Below the pieces are notes generated by a model. That model saw only the letters and a program-made list of their open reading frames with translations. It searched no databases and had not been told where the DNA came from. The position numbers and the translations under genes are program-made. Shown here in pieces: positions 28,401 to 38,075 of a stretch of DNA of 64,000 bases. How positions within the stretch are numbered: the stretch's first letter is position 1; every line of letters starts with the position of its first letter. Origin of the DNA: an uncultured bacterium (GTDB lineage Bacteria > CSSED10-310 > CAZUFC01); assembly GCA_964619725.1 (NCBI GenBank), contig CAZUFC010000023.1, positions 1 through 64,000 on the forward strand, in the 5' to 3' direction.

Positions 28401-30269
28401 TCTGGCGTAAGCGGCCCCGGCAGGCGCCTGAACGTCGCCGGTCGTCAGCATCTGCCAGGAATCCTGATCGACAGTATAAGAAGAACCGGCGCCCTCAATG
28501 TAATCGTAATATTCATCTTCCCATCTGAGCCAGAACCTGGTCTTTCCCCGGTCATCGTTGTCGTAGAAATATCCTGTTAGATTATACCACTGTCCTTCCA
28601 GAACAGGGCAGGCCGCAACCTGCTCCAACTCGCTCGTCGAAGTCGACGTCCAGTTGATGTGACAACTGTAGGAACCCTCATATACGATGGTTCCCTCCTG
28701 CGTCGCGGTTATATCCTCATCGCTGAGATTCCAATAGTCCGGAGGTCCGCCGGCGCCATACTCCGTCCAGCTTTCGAATCCGCCGTTCTTCAGCAATTCC
28801 GTGCCCATCGCCGGAGGATAACAGAACCAGTATGGATCATCCTGGGCATCAGCCTCATCAGAAGACGTCTGATTGCCGTTGTAGATGAATGTGTCTTCTA
28901 CGCCGGTTTTCGTTACTTTAACGTAATATTCGATCGTATCGCCTTCACCGGCTCCGGCGCCGTCCGGATCGATTATCGTATACCAGTAATCATTGACATC
29001 CCTTTGCGAAGGATCATAGTTGCATTCCCATTGTCCCGCATTCTGCGTCCAGGTCATAGTTCCCTGAACGCGATAATACAACGTCACGGTGTCCGCACCC
29101 ATCGTCGGGTAAACGCCGACATGAACATATACGTCGTCCGTTTCGTCTACAGGCGCCAGAGGTACTCTCATAGGCGTATCAGCATTGCAAGCTTCCTTGG
29201 AAAGAGGAACATGCCAGCAATTGACAAGATTGCTGGGCGTCTGAATCGGCGTCGCCGTGTAGGTGGGCTCGGGCGTCGGCGTCTCCGGCGCACATACTTC
29301 ATAGAATGAAACGGCATCCACGTATACGTCGGCGGGCGGAAAGCCGCTGCCGGAAACATCGTAGCAGCGGATTTGTATCAGCGCATAAGCCGCATCGTTC
29401 GGCGCGACTACATCGCCGCTGGTCAGCATCTGCCAGTTGTCCTGGTCTTCGCTGTATTCGGATTCATTATTCTGAACGAATGAATATGTTTCATCCTCCC
29501 ATCGCACATATAACCTGACGCGCCCTCTCGGATCGTTGTCGTAAATATACGCTTTGCAATTGTAAGTATGGCCCGGAAATACCGCACATTCCGTATACTG
29601 TTCCAACTGCCGCGTGCTCGTCGTCGTCCAGTTCAAATGACAACTGTGACTCCCTTCGTATATCACGTAATCCTCGCGTACAGCGGTTATGCCGCTTCCC
29701 GACAAACTCCATTCGTCCGGAGGTCCGCCGGGGTCCGTCCAGGTTTCAAAATCGCCGTTTCCTATCAGCTCCGTTTCGCAAACCGGAGAATAACAGAAAT
29801 GATACGGGTCAGCCTGAGCGTCCGCCTCAACGTCGGATTTCGTGTTGCCGTTATAGATGAATGTGTCGGGCATGCCGTCTTTCGTTACCTTAACGTAATA
29901 TTGTACCGTATCGCCGGGGCCCGCTCCCGCTATACCGTCAGGATCGATCACTGTTCCCCAGTAATCATTGTTGCTGTAATTGCATTCGTGCGCGCCCGTG
30001 TCGGTGTTCCACGTCGATGCTTCCGATTCCTTGTAATACAAAGTAACCGCATCCGCTCCCGTGATCGGGTATACTCCGACGTGTATCCAGACGTTCTGAG
30101 TATAATCGTTCGGCGCCAGAGGCACCCTCATATACGTGTAATCATTGCACGCCTCCGCCGAATCAGGTATGTGCCAGCATTCGATCAGTTGCGCTTCAGC
30201 CGGAACTGTGCTTAATAACAGCAAAAGCACAATCGCCGCCGACAGCTTCGACATTTTCCAATGATTCAT
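25482..30269 (-). CDS. Large acidic surface protein: five tandem [WHxP Ig-like + CBM4/9-like] modules and a VPxx-CTERM tail
   Basis: Signal peptide; five xWH[IVY]P...EAC...MR.P units, each followed by L.N..[FM]E.W...GPPD.W...Y.D; C-terminus VPAAGTFGLFFALTTISALLYRRRRKL. Confidence 0.8.
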   Translation of the reverse strand: MNHWKMSKLSAAIVLLLLLSTVPAEAQLIECWHIPDSAEACNDYTYMRVPLAPNDYTQNVWIHVGVYPITGADAVTLYYKESEASTWNTDTGAHECNYSNNDYWGTVIDPDGIAGAGPGDTVQYYVKVTKDGMPDTFIYNGNTKSDVEADAQADPYHFCYSPVCETELIGNGDFETWTDPGGPPDEWSLSGSGITAVREDYVIYEGSHSCHLNWTTTSTRQLEQYTECAVFPGHTYNCKAYIYDNDPRGRVRLYVRWEDETYSFVQNNESEYSEDQDNWQMLTSGDVVAPNDAAYALIQIRCYDVSGSGFPPADVYVDAVSFYEVCAPETPTPEPTYTATPIQTPSNLVNCWHVPLSKEACNADTPMRVPLAPVDETDDVYVHVGVYPTMGADTVTLYYRVQGTMTWTQNAGQWECNYDPSQRDVNDYWYTIIDPDGAGAGEGDTIEYYVKVTKTGVEDTFIYNGNQTSSDEADAQDDPYWFCYPPAMGTELLKNGGFESWTEYGAGGPPDYWNLSDEDITATQEGTIVYEGSYSCHINWTSTSTSELEQVAACPVLEGQWYNLTGYFYDNDDRGKTRFWLRWEDEYYDYIEGAGSSYTVDQDSWQMLTTGDVQAPAGAAYARIQIRVYDETGTTFPPADVYADAISFQEAESIFSPTPVPTMAPTPTETAPINAWHYPKNKEACNDYTYMRDPVGPTNPAVDVYIHVGAYPQTTAIDSYILHYRKVDDAWQTATGEWGCNYNDNDYWYASMNPAAIGAAAGDVIEYYLEVAKDGTIMFIYEDSGWTLDEPTAQADPYSFCYAPECESELLENGDFETWTVPAGPPDGWTVSDDDLTAVMEDTEVHGGTYSCALNWTESGHYLEQMIACPVTPGEEYTLSGFVYDNDPTGSLRLNIRWEEGDNSYISNDFSEYTTDEAAWQELSIIDAEAPADAVWAVIRVRCYVSDKAEKGLLYLDDMTFTQKCPQGEINCWHIPYSMEACDDSTTMRNPFLPENPTAGVDIFAGVYPPAGDETMTLIYRVNEAPIWSSAAGAYQCTYSGNDYYKATGLTASAGDTVEYIIKMTKTGGDYEATYIYNDNELTLDHLVAKADPYTFRYPIECEQELLFNPSFESWTEHGATGPPDDWEVYGDVQAMQENGIVHGGLGSSCHLHWETEGGYKSIQQMVYIPVTQYVVYQLTGYAYDDDTDTDITMKMVWYDATGNFIYYDRTDYSSDQAAWQLLDTGQIVPPSNAVWLEIEIGCYEYGDPWDGAGDIYVDDLHLEELCIDPLINAWHIPDSAEACDDTTTMRFPFAPEDPAVDVWVHVGANPIGGAEAVTLYYRMPEDATWTTNSEGWECNYMNNDYWGTKIDADGIGADLGDTVEYYIKVENTGNTTTYIYADNTITQTEADAQSSPYSFSFPLGCDTQLILNGDMESWSSPTGPPDDWELYGSITAAQEDTIVHGGSYSAHLHWETTSTVRMEQYGIINVTPGIEYEFSAYAYDNDEDGDVRLTIRWEDGDHNYIQNSYSDYSEEIDDWQFLTTGRVEAPDGAVFAQAQFRCYDQGDFTAGDVYVDDALFVHPCPEQVPAAGTFGLFFALTTISALLYRRRRKL

Positions 30270-30510
30270 AAGAACCTCCTCTTCAGTTAAAAATTTTAAA
30301 GTTTTTCTTTGACCATACGCGGACCTTTAAATTCCTGAAATTCTCCTCCTTCCGGTCCTTTCAATCCCTAAACATTGCTGTCTTTAATTGCCTTTGGACC
30401 ATCGTCTCCATCTCTCAACAATCTGTATGACTCTTCATACGTTAAGGCTTCGTTCACCCACTTTTATAGTCATGATATTCAGGAAAGTCAAGTTGAGGAA
30501 ATAAAAAAAA

Positions 30511-30612
30511 GCATTGATCAAAAAAGCCTTTTTTGAGGTTACAATTCGACGGAATCCCCCCATCATTTTATTTTGATTTCGATCCTGATTGCGACCCCGA
30601 ACCCGAAACAAA
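30511..30612 (+). repeat. Dispersed repeat family A copy
   Basis: gcattgatcaaaaaagccttttttgaggttacaa matches the copy at 55906 (minus) with one mismatch; similarity extends about 100 bp. Confidence 0.75.
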
Positions 30613-31019
30613 CGGCCCTTGATGACAAAACAGCGATGAATTCGTCAAACAGATATTTATGGATCAGGGTTAATTTCTTAATGAGGGTTCAATCAGTCGA
30701 CATTTACTCAAGGCGCCCAGTTCTCTGATCCTTGACTTTACAAAAATTCACAACGTTACGGATCGGAGACTCTCAGCGCCTGTCCGCCCCGGCATGCCCG
30801 ATTAAAAATGTCAGTGTGATCATGCGCTAATGACTTATTCGCTTTTCGATCATTTTAATCAGCCTCTTGACGAAAGCTGGCCGTTACCGATATAAAGTAT
30901 TCAGAAAACAGGCTGAATCCGATTTTGGCCGGTATGCTGATCGCATTTCAAAGGAGCGGCAATTGAAGGAAGTTTCTCCCCTTAAAGCGGAACCGGTTTC
31001 CCCGGTTGGAAAATCAATC

Positions 31020-32072
31020 ATGAGACATAGTAAATCAGTGTGCGGAAGCGCTTTGCTGTTTTTATATTATTTTTTGATGATTGCTGCGTTTATTCCGGAT
31101 GCTGCGCTTTCGAGAACGGAGAAGGTTCAAAAGAGCGCTCTGTATGCTATGGGCGGAGTACCCGTGAACGTTTCTGCTTTTCAGGCGACCGAAGACCAGT
31201 TTGCAAAAGCAATCGGAGAGGCTGAAAAAGAGATCGAGAGGCTGGAGTCCTTAATGAGCGTTTACCGGGAAACGAGTCCGTTGAGCCGCTTTAACCGGGC
31301 GGATCAAAGTTCCATGATGTTGGACGCCGATACCGGCAAAGTAGTTGAACATTCGTTGAGAATTCATCAAATGACTTCGGGAGCTTTCGATATAACTTCT
31401 GGAACCCTGGTGAAATTATGGAAGAAGGCGGGTCAGGAAAAGGTCGCGCCTTCAGAAGAAAAAGTGACCGAAGCGTTGAAGCACACGGGATCGTCTCTTT
31501 TGCAGCTTGACGGGGAGAAAAACGTTCTGAGCAAATCCGATCCCCAGGTCCGTGTCGATCTTGGCGGAATTGCGAAGGGATTCTTTGCCGACAGGATCGC
31601 CGAACTATTGAAAAAAAAAGGTATTCGACGGGGCATAGTGGATATGGGCGGCGATATAAAATGTTTTAACGATCTGAATGACGAATATTTTAAAATAGGC
31701 GTCCGCAATCCTTTCAACAAAAAGGAACTGATCGGGATACTGAGAATCCGAAATGGCGCCGTGGTTACTTCAGGAGATTATGAAAGATATTTCACCATAG
31801 ACGGCGTGCGATATTGTCATGTAATTGATCCACGGACAGGATATCCGGTTAAGGGAATGTCATCGGTTACAGTTGCTGCAGAAAATGCAATGGATGCTGA
31901 TGCTCTGGCGACAGGACTTTTCGTTTTGGGCAAAAAAGAGGGAATTGACTGGATCAAGGCTCATGATAAGTATGAGGCGATTTTCGTCTATCCGGATAGC
32001 GGTAATTCTGAAGGTTATGAGATTTTTGTTTCCGAAGGTTTGAGAGACAGGTTTGAGATTATGAAGCCGTGA
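31020..32072 (+). CDS. apbE: FAD:protein FMN transferase
   Basis: AMG, S.LSRFN, GAFDIT, DLGGIAKG, DMGGDI, VVTSGDYERY, HVIDPRTG, ADALAT; start uncertain (ORF open from 30867). Confidence 0.92.
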   Translation: MRHSKSVCGSALLFLYYFLMIAAFIPDAALSRTEKVQKSALYAMGGVPVNVSAFQATEDQFAKAIGEAEKEIERLESLMSVYRETSPLSRFNRADQSSMMLDADTGKVVEHSLRIHQMTSGAFDITSGTLVKLWKKAGQEKVAPSEEKVTEALKHTGSSLLQLDGEKNVLSKSDPQVRVDLGGIAKGFFADRIAELLKKKGIRRGIVDMGGDIKCFNDLNDEYFKIGVRNPFNKKELIGILRIRNGAVVTSGDYERYFTIDGVRYCHVIDPRTGYPVKGMSSVTVAAENAMDADALATGLFVLGKKEGIDWIKAHDKYEAIFVYPDSGNSEGYEIFVSEGLRDRFEIMKP

Positions 32073-32237
32073 AATTTTCGGTTGATTGACTTTGAATATT
32101 ACTTTTGATAAAACGACTTCAGTTGGGTAATTCGGCACGATCAATCAATGTTCAGAGACCGAATGAAGGGGACTGTGGAGATTTATTTGCAGGAAAAATT
32201 TTTATAAAGAGTTTTGATTTAACGGGAGCGGAGAGAT

Positions 32238-35200
32238 ATGAGAGAACGCATGCTTTTATCGTTTTTTGTTTTCATATTGGCGGGCATCAACATCATTTTT
32301 TGCGTTTCGGGTGTGAGTGCGGACGTGCTGGACGCACTACCTCCTTACACGGAAGGTCATGATCCAGCGCCGGACGAGACGGACGTCCCGGTCGATGCTG
32401 CCGTAACGTTTTACATTTATGATGATGCAGACGGAGTAGATGCGGCATCGATCTATTTGACCGTTGAGGGAACGGCAGCGACGCCCCAGACGATAACTTC
32501 CGTTCCGGACGGATATTATTGCGAGTATCAGCCGGAATCGAGTTTTCCATACTCGACGGTGATTGACATAACCATTTACGGGTACGATCTGGCCGATCCT
32601 CCGAACATAATGGACCCGTTCAGTTATGCTTTTACGACGGAGGCGGAGCCGCCGACGTCGACGCCGTTTCCGACATCGACGCCGACATTGACGCCTACTT
32701 CTACGCTCAGTCCGACGGGTACGATCCCCACGTTTACTCCCACATTAACGCCGACTGATACGGCGCTTCCGACGGAAACTCCCTACTACAGCCCTGAACC
32801 AACACCTCCGCCGACCGCGACTGAAATTCCGACGGAAACGCCGATTCCTGATAACGAACCGCCCTATGTCGTATCCCGGATTCCGGAAGCGGGAGCAGTT
32901 GGAGTTGATATCAATACGACCATTTCAGCGACTCTTGCGGACGACGTATCCGGCATCGAGCCGAGCAGCGTTGAAATGACGGTGCAGGGGCAACCGGTAA
33001 CCTTCACATTATCGGGAAACATTTACAATATGACTTTGACTCATACGCCGCCTGAACCTTTTGATTACCTTGAGGTCGTGGAGGTAACGATAGGGGCGTA
33101 TGATCTGGCTGATCCGCCGAACGAGATGCCGTTGGATACATATTCTTTCACATGTGAAGAGGAGCCGACGCCGACCGAAGGTCCTCCGACCGAAACGCCG
33201 ACGGAAACTCCGACCTCCACGTCGACTTTGACGCCCACGATGAGTCCCACATCGAGTCCGAGCGCCACTTTGTCTCCGACTTTATCTCCGACGCTTTCGC
33301 CGACCCGGACGGGAACACCGACGCTCACTCCGACAGCGACGTTAAGTCCCACAGGCACTTTACCGACTCTGACGCCGACAAACAGTCCGACTTTGACGCC
33401 CATACCCAGCGATACGCCCACAAATTCGCCGACTGTTCCTCCTACTTCAACCCCTACTTTTACTGCCACAATGACGCCGGAACCCACCGATACGATTATT
33501 CCGACCGAACCCCCGACTTTAACGCCTACCCTGGGCCCGACGGAAACTCCCGGACCTGATCTGGACCCTCCTTACACCAGCGATCACGATCCTGCTCCGG
33601 GCGAGATTGACGTATGGCCGGACGATCCCATCATCGTTGCGGTTAACGATGACGGTGAAGGCGTCGATCTCAGCAGCGTCTTTATAACGGTTAACGATGA
33701 GGAGGTTACGCCTGAAGTTTCAGGAGACGTCAGCAAATATACCTTTACTTACGATCCGACGACATATTTTCCTTACGGGACCGAAGTCGTCGTAACAGTG
33801 GATGCGTTTGATTTGGCTGAACCGCCGAACGTTATGGATACTGATATCTACAGTTTTACGATCATAAATTTGACTCCGACGGCCGTTCCTTCACCTGAAC
33901 CGACTTTAACCCCTACCGTTTCGCCCACGGGAACAGTTCCTACGGAAATACCCACTGAAATTCCCAGTCCTACGCCAACTCCTGATGTCGAACCGCCCTA
34001 TACCACGGACCATGACCCTCTTCCCGGAGCGGAAAATGTCCCTGCGGATACCAACGTATCCGTAACGATCAACGATGACGGAGAGGGCGTCGATCTCAGC
34101 AGCGTCATTTTTCTGGTGGATGGAGTTCTGGTGACGTCGGAACCGTCAGGCGGGCCGCAGGCTTACACTTACACGTATGATCCTGAAATAGACTTTGCGC
34201 CTGGACAATCGGTCCTGATCACCGTAGATGCGTCTGACCTGGCCGATCCGCCCAACGATATGGAAACCGACGTATACAGCTTCACCATCGCACAGGCTAC
34301 TCCCACTTCATCGCCTACACTCTCGCCGACCGCTACCCTGTCGCCGACTGCTCCTCCGACTCTCTCCCCAACGCTCACGCCCACTCAGACCTTCACGCCC
34401 ACTGCGCCGCCCACTCTTTCGCCCACTGCTACGCCTACATCGACTCTTTCCCCGACTTTCACTCCCACAAATACTCGCACTCCCACCCTTTCTCCAACCT
34501 CTTCACCTACTCTTACCGCGACCTCAACGCCTACTCTTACGCATTCGCCCACCTTCACTCCGACGCTGACTCCGACTTTGACGCCCACTGACGAACCCAC
34601 CTTAACTCCCACTGTCGAACCGACAGTGACCGCTACTTTTATTATTCCCGATCCGCCCGTCATGATCGAAGAACCTGATTTTACTCAGGGCTTTTCCAAT
34701 ACGGTTTTCTGGACCGACAGCGAACTGGGCATCGCTTACCTGGCTGAATGCAGTCTGGACTCGGAATTTGCGGAAATAGTCGCCGATTCAGGTTGGATCA
34801 CGGCCAATCAATACGAGTTTACTGAGCTGCTGCACGGCGTTGAATACTTCTATCGAGTCAAAACGCAATCGCCGGAAGGAACGGAAAGCGGTTGGTCAAA
34901 CGTCGTCTCCTCTGAACAGGATGCCGTTCCCCCGAAAATAATAGCCGCAGGATGGTGGAATTCGAAATACTCCTCCACGCAAGGCGGTACGATCGCTCTG
35001 ATGGCTGTCTGCCTCGATGACGACCTGGAATACATAGAAATGTACTACGCCGGCTCTCCCCTCGGAGTCTATCTCAAAGATGACGGAACACAGGGTGATT
35101 TTGTGGCGGGAGATTATCTCTTCAGCTTCATCATAACCGGCGCTGATCCGGCAGGATTCCCAGGGCCGATTCAAATCGATTTATACGCATTCGATCATGC

Positions 35201-35246
35201 CGGCAATTTCGGAAGCTGGCCGGCAGTCAGAATTACTGAAGATTAG
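32238..35246 (+). CDS. Secreted mucin-like protein: four Ig-like (Big_5-like) domains, long Pro/Thr/Ser linkers, FN3-like domain and a C-terminal DDG..GD..AGD (choice-of-anchor X-like) domain
   Basis: Signal peptide; four PPY....P..G...V...D...GVD...D.A.PPN.M....YSFT repeats; TLSPT/TLTPT runs; YFYRVK; LKDDGTQGDFVAGDYLFS. Confidence 0.8.
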   Translation: MRERMLLSFFVFILAGINIIFCVSGVSADVLDALPPYTEGHDPAPDETDVPVDAAVTFYIYDDADGVDAASIYLTVEGTAATPQTITSVPDGYYCEYQPESSFPYSTVIDITIYGYDLADPPNIMDPFSYAFTTEAEPPTSTPFPTSTPTLTPTSTLSPTGTIPTFTPTLTPTDTALPTETPYYSPEPTPPPTATEIPTETPIPDNEPPYVVSRIPEAGAVGVDINTTISATLADDVSGIEPSSVEMTVQGQPVTFTLSGNIYNMTLTHTPPEPFDYLEVVEVTIGAYDLADPPNEMPLDTYSFTCEEEPTPTEGPPTETPTETPTSTSTLTPTMSPTSSPSATLSPTLSPTLSPTRTGTPTLTPTATLSPTGTLPTLTPTNSPTLTPIPSDTPTNSPTVPPTSTPTFTATMTPEPTDTIIPTEPPTLTPTLGPTETPGPDLDPPYTSDHDPAPGEIDVWPDDPIIVAVNDDGEGVDLSSVFITVNDEEVTPEVSGDVSKYTFTYDPTTYFPYGTEVVVTVDAFDLAEPPNVMDTDIYSFTIINLTPTAVPSPEPTLTPTVSPTGTVPTEIPTEIPSPTPTPDVEPPYTTDHDPLPGAENVPADTNVSVTINDDGEGVDLSSVIFLVDGVLVTSEPSGGPQAYTYTYDPEIDFAPGQSVLITVDASDLADPPNDMETDVYSFTIAQATPTSSPTLSPTATLSPTAPPTLSPTLTPTQTFTPTAPPTLSPTATPTSTLSPTFTPTNTRTPTLSPTSSPTLTATSTPTLTHSPTFTPTLTPTLTPTDEPTLTPTVEPTVTATFIIPDPPVMIEEPDFTQGFSNTVFWTDSELGIAYLAECSLDSEFAEIVADSGWITANQYEFTELLHGVEYFYRVKTQSPEGTESGWSNVVSSEQDAVPPKIIAAGWWNSKYSSTQGGTIALMAVCLDDDLEYIEMYYAGSPLGVYLKDDGTQGDFVAGDYLFSFIITGADPAGFPGPIQIDLYAFDHAGNFGSWPAVRITED

Positions 35247-35562
35247 TAAAGAATGAAAGACGGGCGACCAGGAATTACTGTGAGGCACGGCTGTAAGATG
35301 TGAATGAAATACAAAGGCTCGCGCAGTCCCGATAATTCCTTAAATACCCGTACGCCGATTTCCTGATAACCCGCCCGGGAACATCATTTTTTCAGCGGTT
35401 TGCGAAGGGCTCCGACCCCTCTGCTGACCCCTCTGCTGGACCCCTTTTTTTCTTCTGTTTACTCTTGCGGAAGATTCTGGACAAAAGGCGAAAAAAGTTT
35501 TTTAATAGGGAAAGAAAAGGATTCGTATCGATCAATGCATTTTGTGCGAAAGGTTTCAAATT

Positions 35563-36660
35563 ATGGGCTTCAATTGTGGAATCGTAGGATTGCCGAATGC
35601 CGGCAAATCGACAATATTCAATGCCTTGACGGCTGCAGGCGCTGCGGCTGAGAGTTTTCCGTTTTGTACGATCAAACCCAATGTCGGCATAGTGAAAGTT
35701 CCGGATCAACGCCTGGCGAAACTTTCCGAACTGTTGAATCCTCCGAAAACGACGCCGACTACTCTCGAATTCGTGGACATCGCAGGACTCGTGAAAGGCG
35801 CTTCCAAAGGAGAAGGTCTGGGAAATCAGTTCCTCGGTGAAATTCGGAACGTGGATGCTATAGCTCATGTCGTGCGCTGTTTTCAGGACTCTAATGTATC
35901 CCATCCGGAAGCTGACGTCGATCCTGTCCGGGATATGGAAATCGTGGATTATGAGTTAATTCTGGCTGATCACGATATCATAGACAGAAGAATTGAAAAG
36001 AGAGCCCGTTTGGCGAAGGTGGGCGACAAGGAAGCGGGCCGTGAAGTGGAGAACCTGGGAAAGATCAAAGCCGTTCTGGAGCAAGGCAGACCGGTTCGTG
36101 AGGCTCCAGAATTGCATGAGTTGGAGGGAGAATTTCTGAACGAACTGCAATTATTGACTGCGAAGCCCTGTATCTATGTTGCGAATATACACGAGAGCGA
36201 TCTTCACAAGGAAACGGATTTTCTGAAGTCTGTTCGACGAAAGGCGCAAGAAACCAATTCCCGTATGGCCGCGATAAGCGGTAAAATTGAAGCGGAACTG
36301 TCTGAGCTTGATCCGGAAGATCAACTTATGTTCAAGGAAGAATACGACCTGGAGTCGTCCGGACTGGAGCAGTTAATCTCAGCGGGGTATGAAGCGTTGC
36401 AGCTTATTACCTTTTATACGACAGTCGGAACGGAACTCAGGGCCTGGACGGTTCCGGTGAATACTCCGGCGCCTGCGGCCGCCGGAAGGATTCATACCGA
36501 CATGCAAAGGGGGTTCATCAGGGCTGAAGTCGTCAATTTTCGTGATTTTATACAGGCGGGTTCGGAGAGCGCTGCCAGAGACAGGGGCATTATCCGCTCA
36601 GAAGGCAAGGATTATCTTGTGAAAGACGGCGATATTATTCGTTTCCGGTTTAACGTTTAA
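35563..36660 (+). CDS. ychF: Redox-regulated ATPase YchF
   Basis: CGIVGLPNAGKST, FPFCTI.PN, DIAGLVKGASKGEGLGNQFL, IHTD..RGFIRAEV, FRFNV. Confidence 0.97.
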   Translation: MGFNCGIVGLPNAGKSTIFNALTAAGAAAESFPFCTIKPNVGIVKVPDQRLAKLSELLNPPKTTPTTLEFVDIAGLVKGASKGEGLGNQFLGEIRNVDAIAHVVRCFQDSNVSHPEADVDPVRDMEIVDYELILADHDIIDRRIEKRARLAKVGDKEAGREVENLGKIKAVLEQGRPVREAPELHELEGEFLNELQLLTAKPCIYVANIHESDLHKETDFLKSVRRKAQETNSRMAAISGKIEAELSELDPEDQLMFKEEYDLESSGLEQLISAGYEALQLITFYTTVGTELRAWTVPVNTPAPAAAGRIHTDMQRGFIRAEVVNFRDFIQAGSESAARDRGIIRSEGKDYLVKDGDIIRFRFNV

Positions 36661-36681
36661 ATGGTTTGAAAGGAGTATAAA

Positions 36682-37530
36682 TTGTTCATCAACGTCAATG
36701 GAGCTGATATTTATTATGAAATAATGGGACAGGGCCCGAATGTTCTGACGTTACACGGCGGGCCGGGTATAGGCGATCACGGCGACAACAAGAAAATGTT
36801 CCAGAGAATGCAAGACCGTTTCCGATTCGTTTATTTTGATTTCCGAGGCAACGGGAAATCCGAGGAAACCCCTCCGGAAACATACACGCATGAACAATAT
36901 GTTGAGGATACCGAGGCGATGCGACAGTCTCTTGAGCTGGGCAAATGCGCTTTATCCGGAGGGTCATACGGAGGCATCATTGCGCTTGAGTATGCCTTGA
37001 AATACCAGGATCGCATCAGTTGCATGATACTGCGGGGAACCGCTGCCAGCTTTGAATTGCAGAATTACGCATTTGAAAATGCCATGAACAGCGGCTTGCC
37101 GGGCGTCAATGAAGATATGCTGCATAATCTTTTTTACGGAAAAATGAAGAGCGATCAGGAATTCAAAGAGCATTTCGCCAAGATATATCCTTTGTATTCA
37201 AAGACTTATACGCCGGAGAAGGCGAAAGAGCTATTCGACAGAAAAAGGTTCATCGCTGCGACCCATAACGCTTTTTTCCGGCACGCTTTTCCGAAATACG
37301 ACATTCGGGAACGCCTGCATGAAATAGAGATTCCCGTTTTAATACTGGCCGGCAGGCATGATTGGATCACACCGATGAAACTCGCCCGTGAACTGGAGGA
37401 TAACATTCCAAACGCTGAATTGATTATCTTTGAAAATGCCGGGCATTCCATTCATTCCGACGAACCGGACAAATTTTACGGAGAAACGGAGAGATTTTTA
37501 AACGAACATACGGAAAGGGCCGGCGGATAA
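36682..37530 (+). CDS. Alpha/beta hydrolase, proline iminopeptidase (S33)-like
   Basis: HGGPG, D.RG.G.S, GGSYGG, GRHDWITP, AGH; TTG start with AAGGAG RBS. Confidence 0.85.
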   Translation: MFINVNGADIYYEIMGQGPNVLTLHGGPGIGDHGDNKKMFQRMQDRFRFVYFDFRGNGKSEETPPETYTHEQYVEDTEAMRQSLELGKCALSGGSYGGIIALEYALKYQDRISCMILRGTAASFELQNYAFENAMNSGLPGVNEDMLHNLFYGKMKSDQEFKEHFAKIYPLYSKTYTPEKAKELFDRKRFIAATHNAFFRHAFPKYDIRERLHEIEIPVLILAGRHDWITPMKLARELEDNIPNAELIIFENAGHSIHSDEPDKFYGETERFLNEHTERAGG

Positions 37531-37629
37531 AGACTTGTTCAGGCTTTGACGACTAATAGGAGGAGATAATCAACGCTCGAATCCTTGAATGCAGGATTAA
37601 AACCGGGAGTTGAAAGAAACGAGGTTGGT

Positions 37630-37992
37630 ATGGTCGACTGGAAATTTGAAAGTATAAGGAACTGGCCTGACATAATGGATTTTGTCCGCAAAATCTTTGT
37701 TTTGTGCCGGGGATTGCCCCTTGATGAGTCAAACGGACTGACGCGACAGATGAAAAATGCGGCAATGAACGTCCCCGTCAACATAGCAGCCGGAAGGGCC
37801 TACAAGGATAAAAAGGAGTTCAGCAAATTTCTGATTGAAGCTCGTATGCATCTTTATAAGACTGTTGTTTGTCTGAAACTTGCTTCTGACCTGGAATACA
37901 TTCCAGGCAAGGAATCTGCGACGCTGCAGGAGGATGCCGAACAAATCCTTAAATTACTCAACGGCATGATTCGTTATCTGGAAAAAAGCTGA
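37630..37992 (+). CDS. Four-helix bundle protein (23S rRNA-IVP family)
   Basis: P.DE..GLT.QM..AA.NVP.NIA.G...EFSKFL..AR...LA.DL.Y. Confidence 0.85.
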   Translation: MVDWKFESIRNWPDIMDFVRKIFVLCRGLPLDESNGLTRQMKNAAMNVPVNIAAGRAYKDKKEFSKFLIEARMHLYKTVVCLKLASDLEYIPGKESATLQEDAEQILKLLNGMIRYLEKS

Positions 37993-38075
37993 GGAATTTT
38001 CTCAAAGGTCGTTATCCTGAACAAAGGAATCTCCGGCAGTAGGAATAAAAGCGGCGTCCGGTAAGGAGACAGAGA

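Noticed and set aside
25749-30215. Many long + strand ORFs opposite the 1595-aa gene
   Set aside because: Antisense shadows from codon bias; no motifs or RBS.
33065-34663. Val/Gly-rich antisense ORFs (also 124-408, 22270-22473)
   Set aside because: Reverse-strand shadows of Pro/Thr repeat codons.
31020-35246. ApbE flavinylating the neighbouring surface proteins
   Set aside because: No [ST]GA[ST] flavinylation motif in an FMN-binding context was seen in the adjacent proteins.
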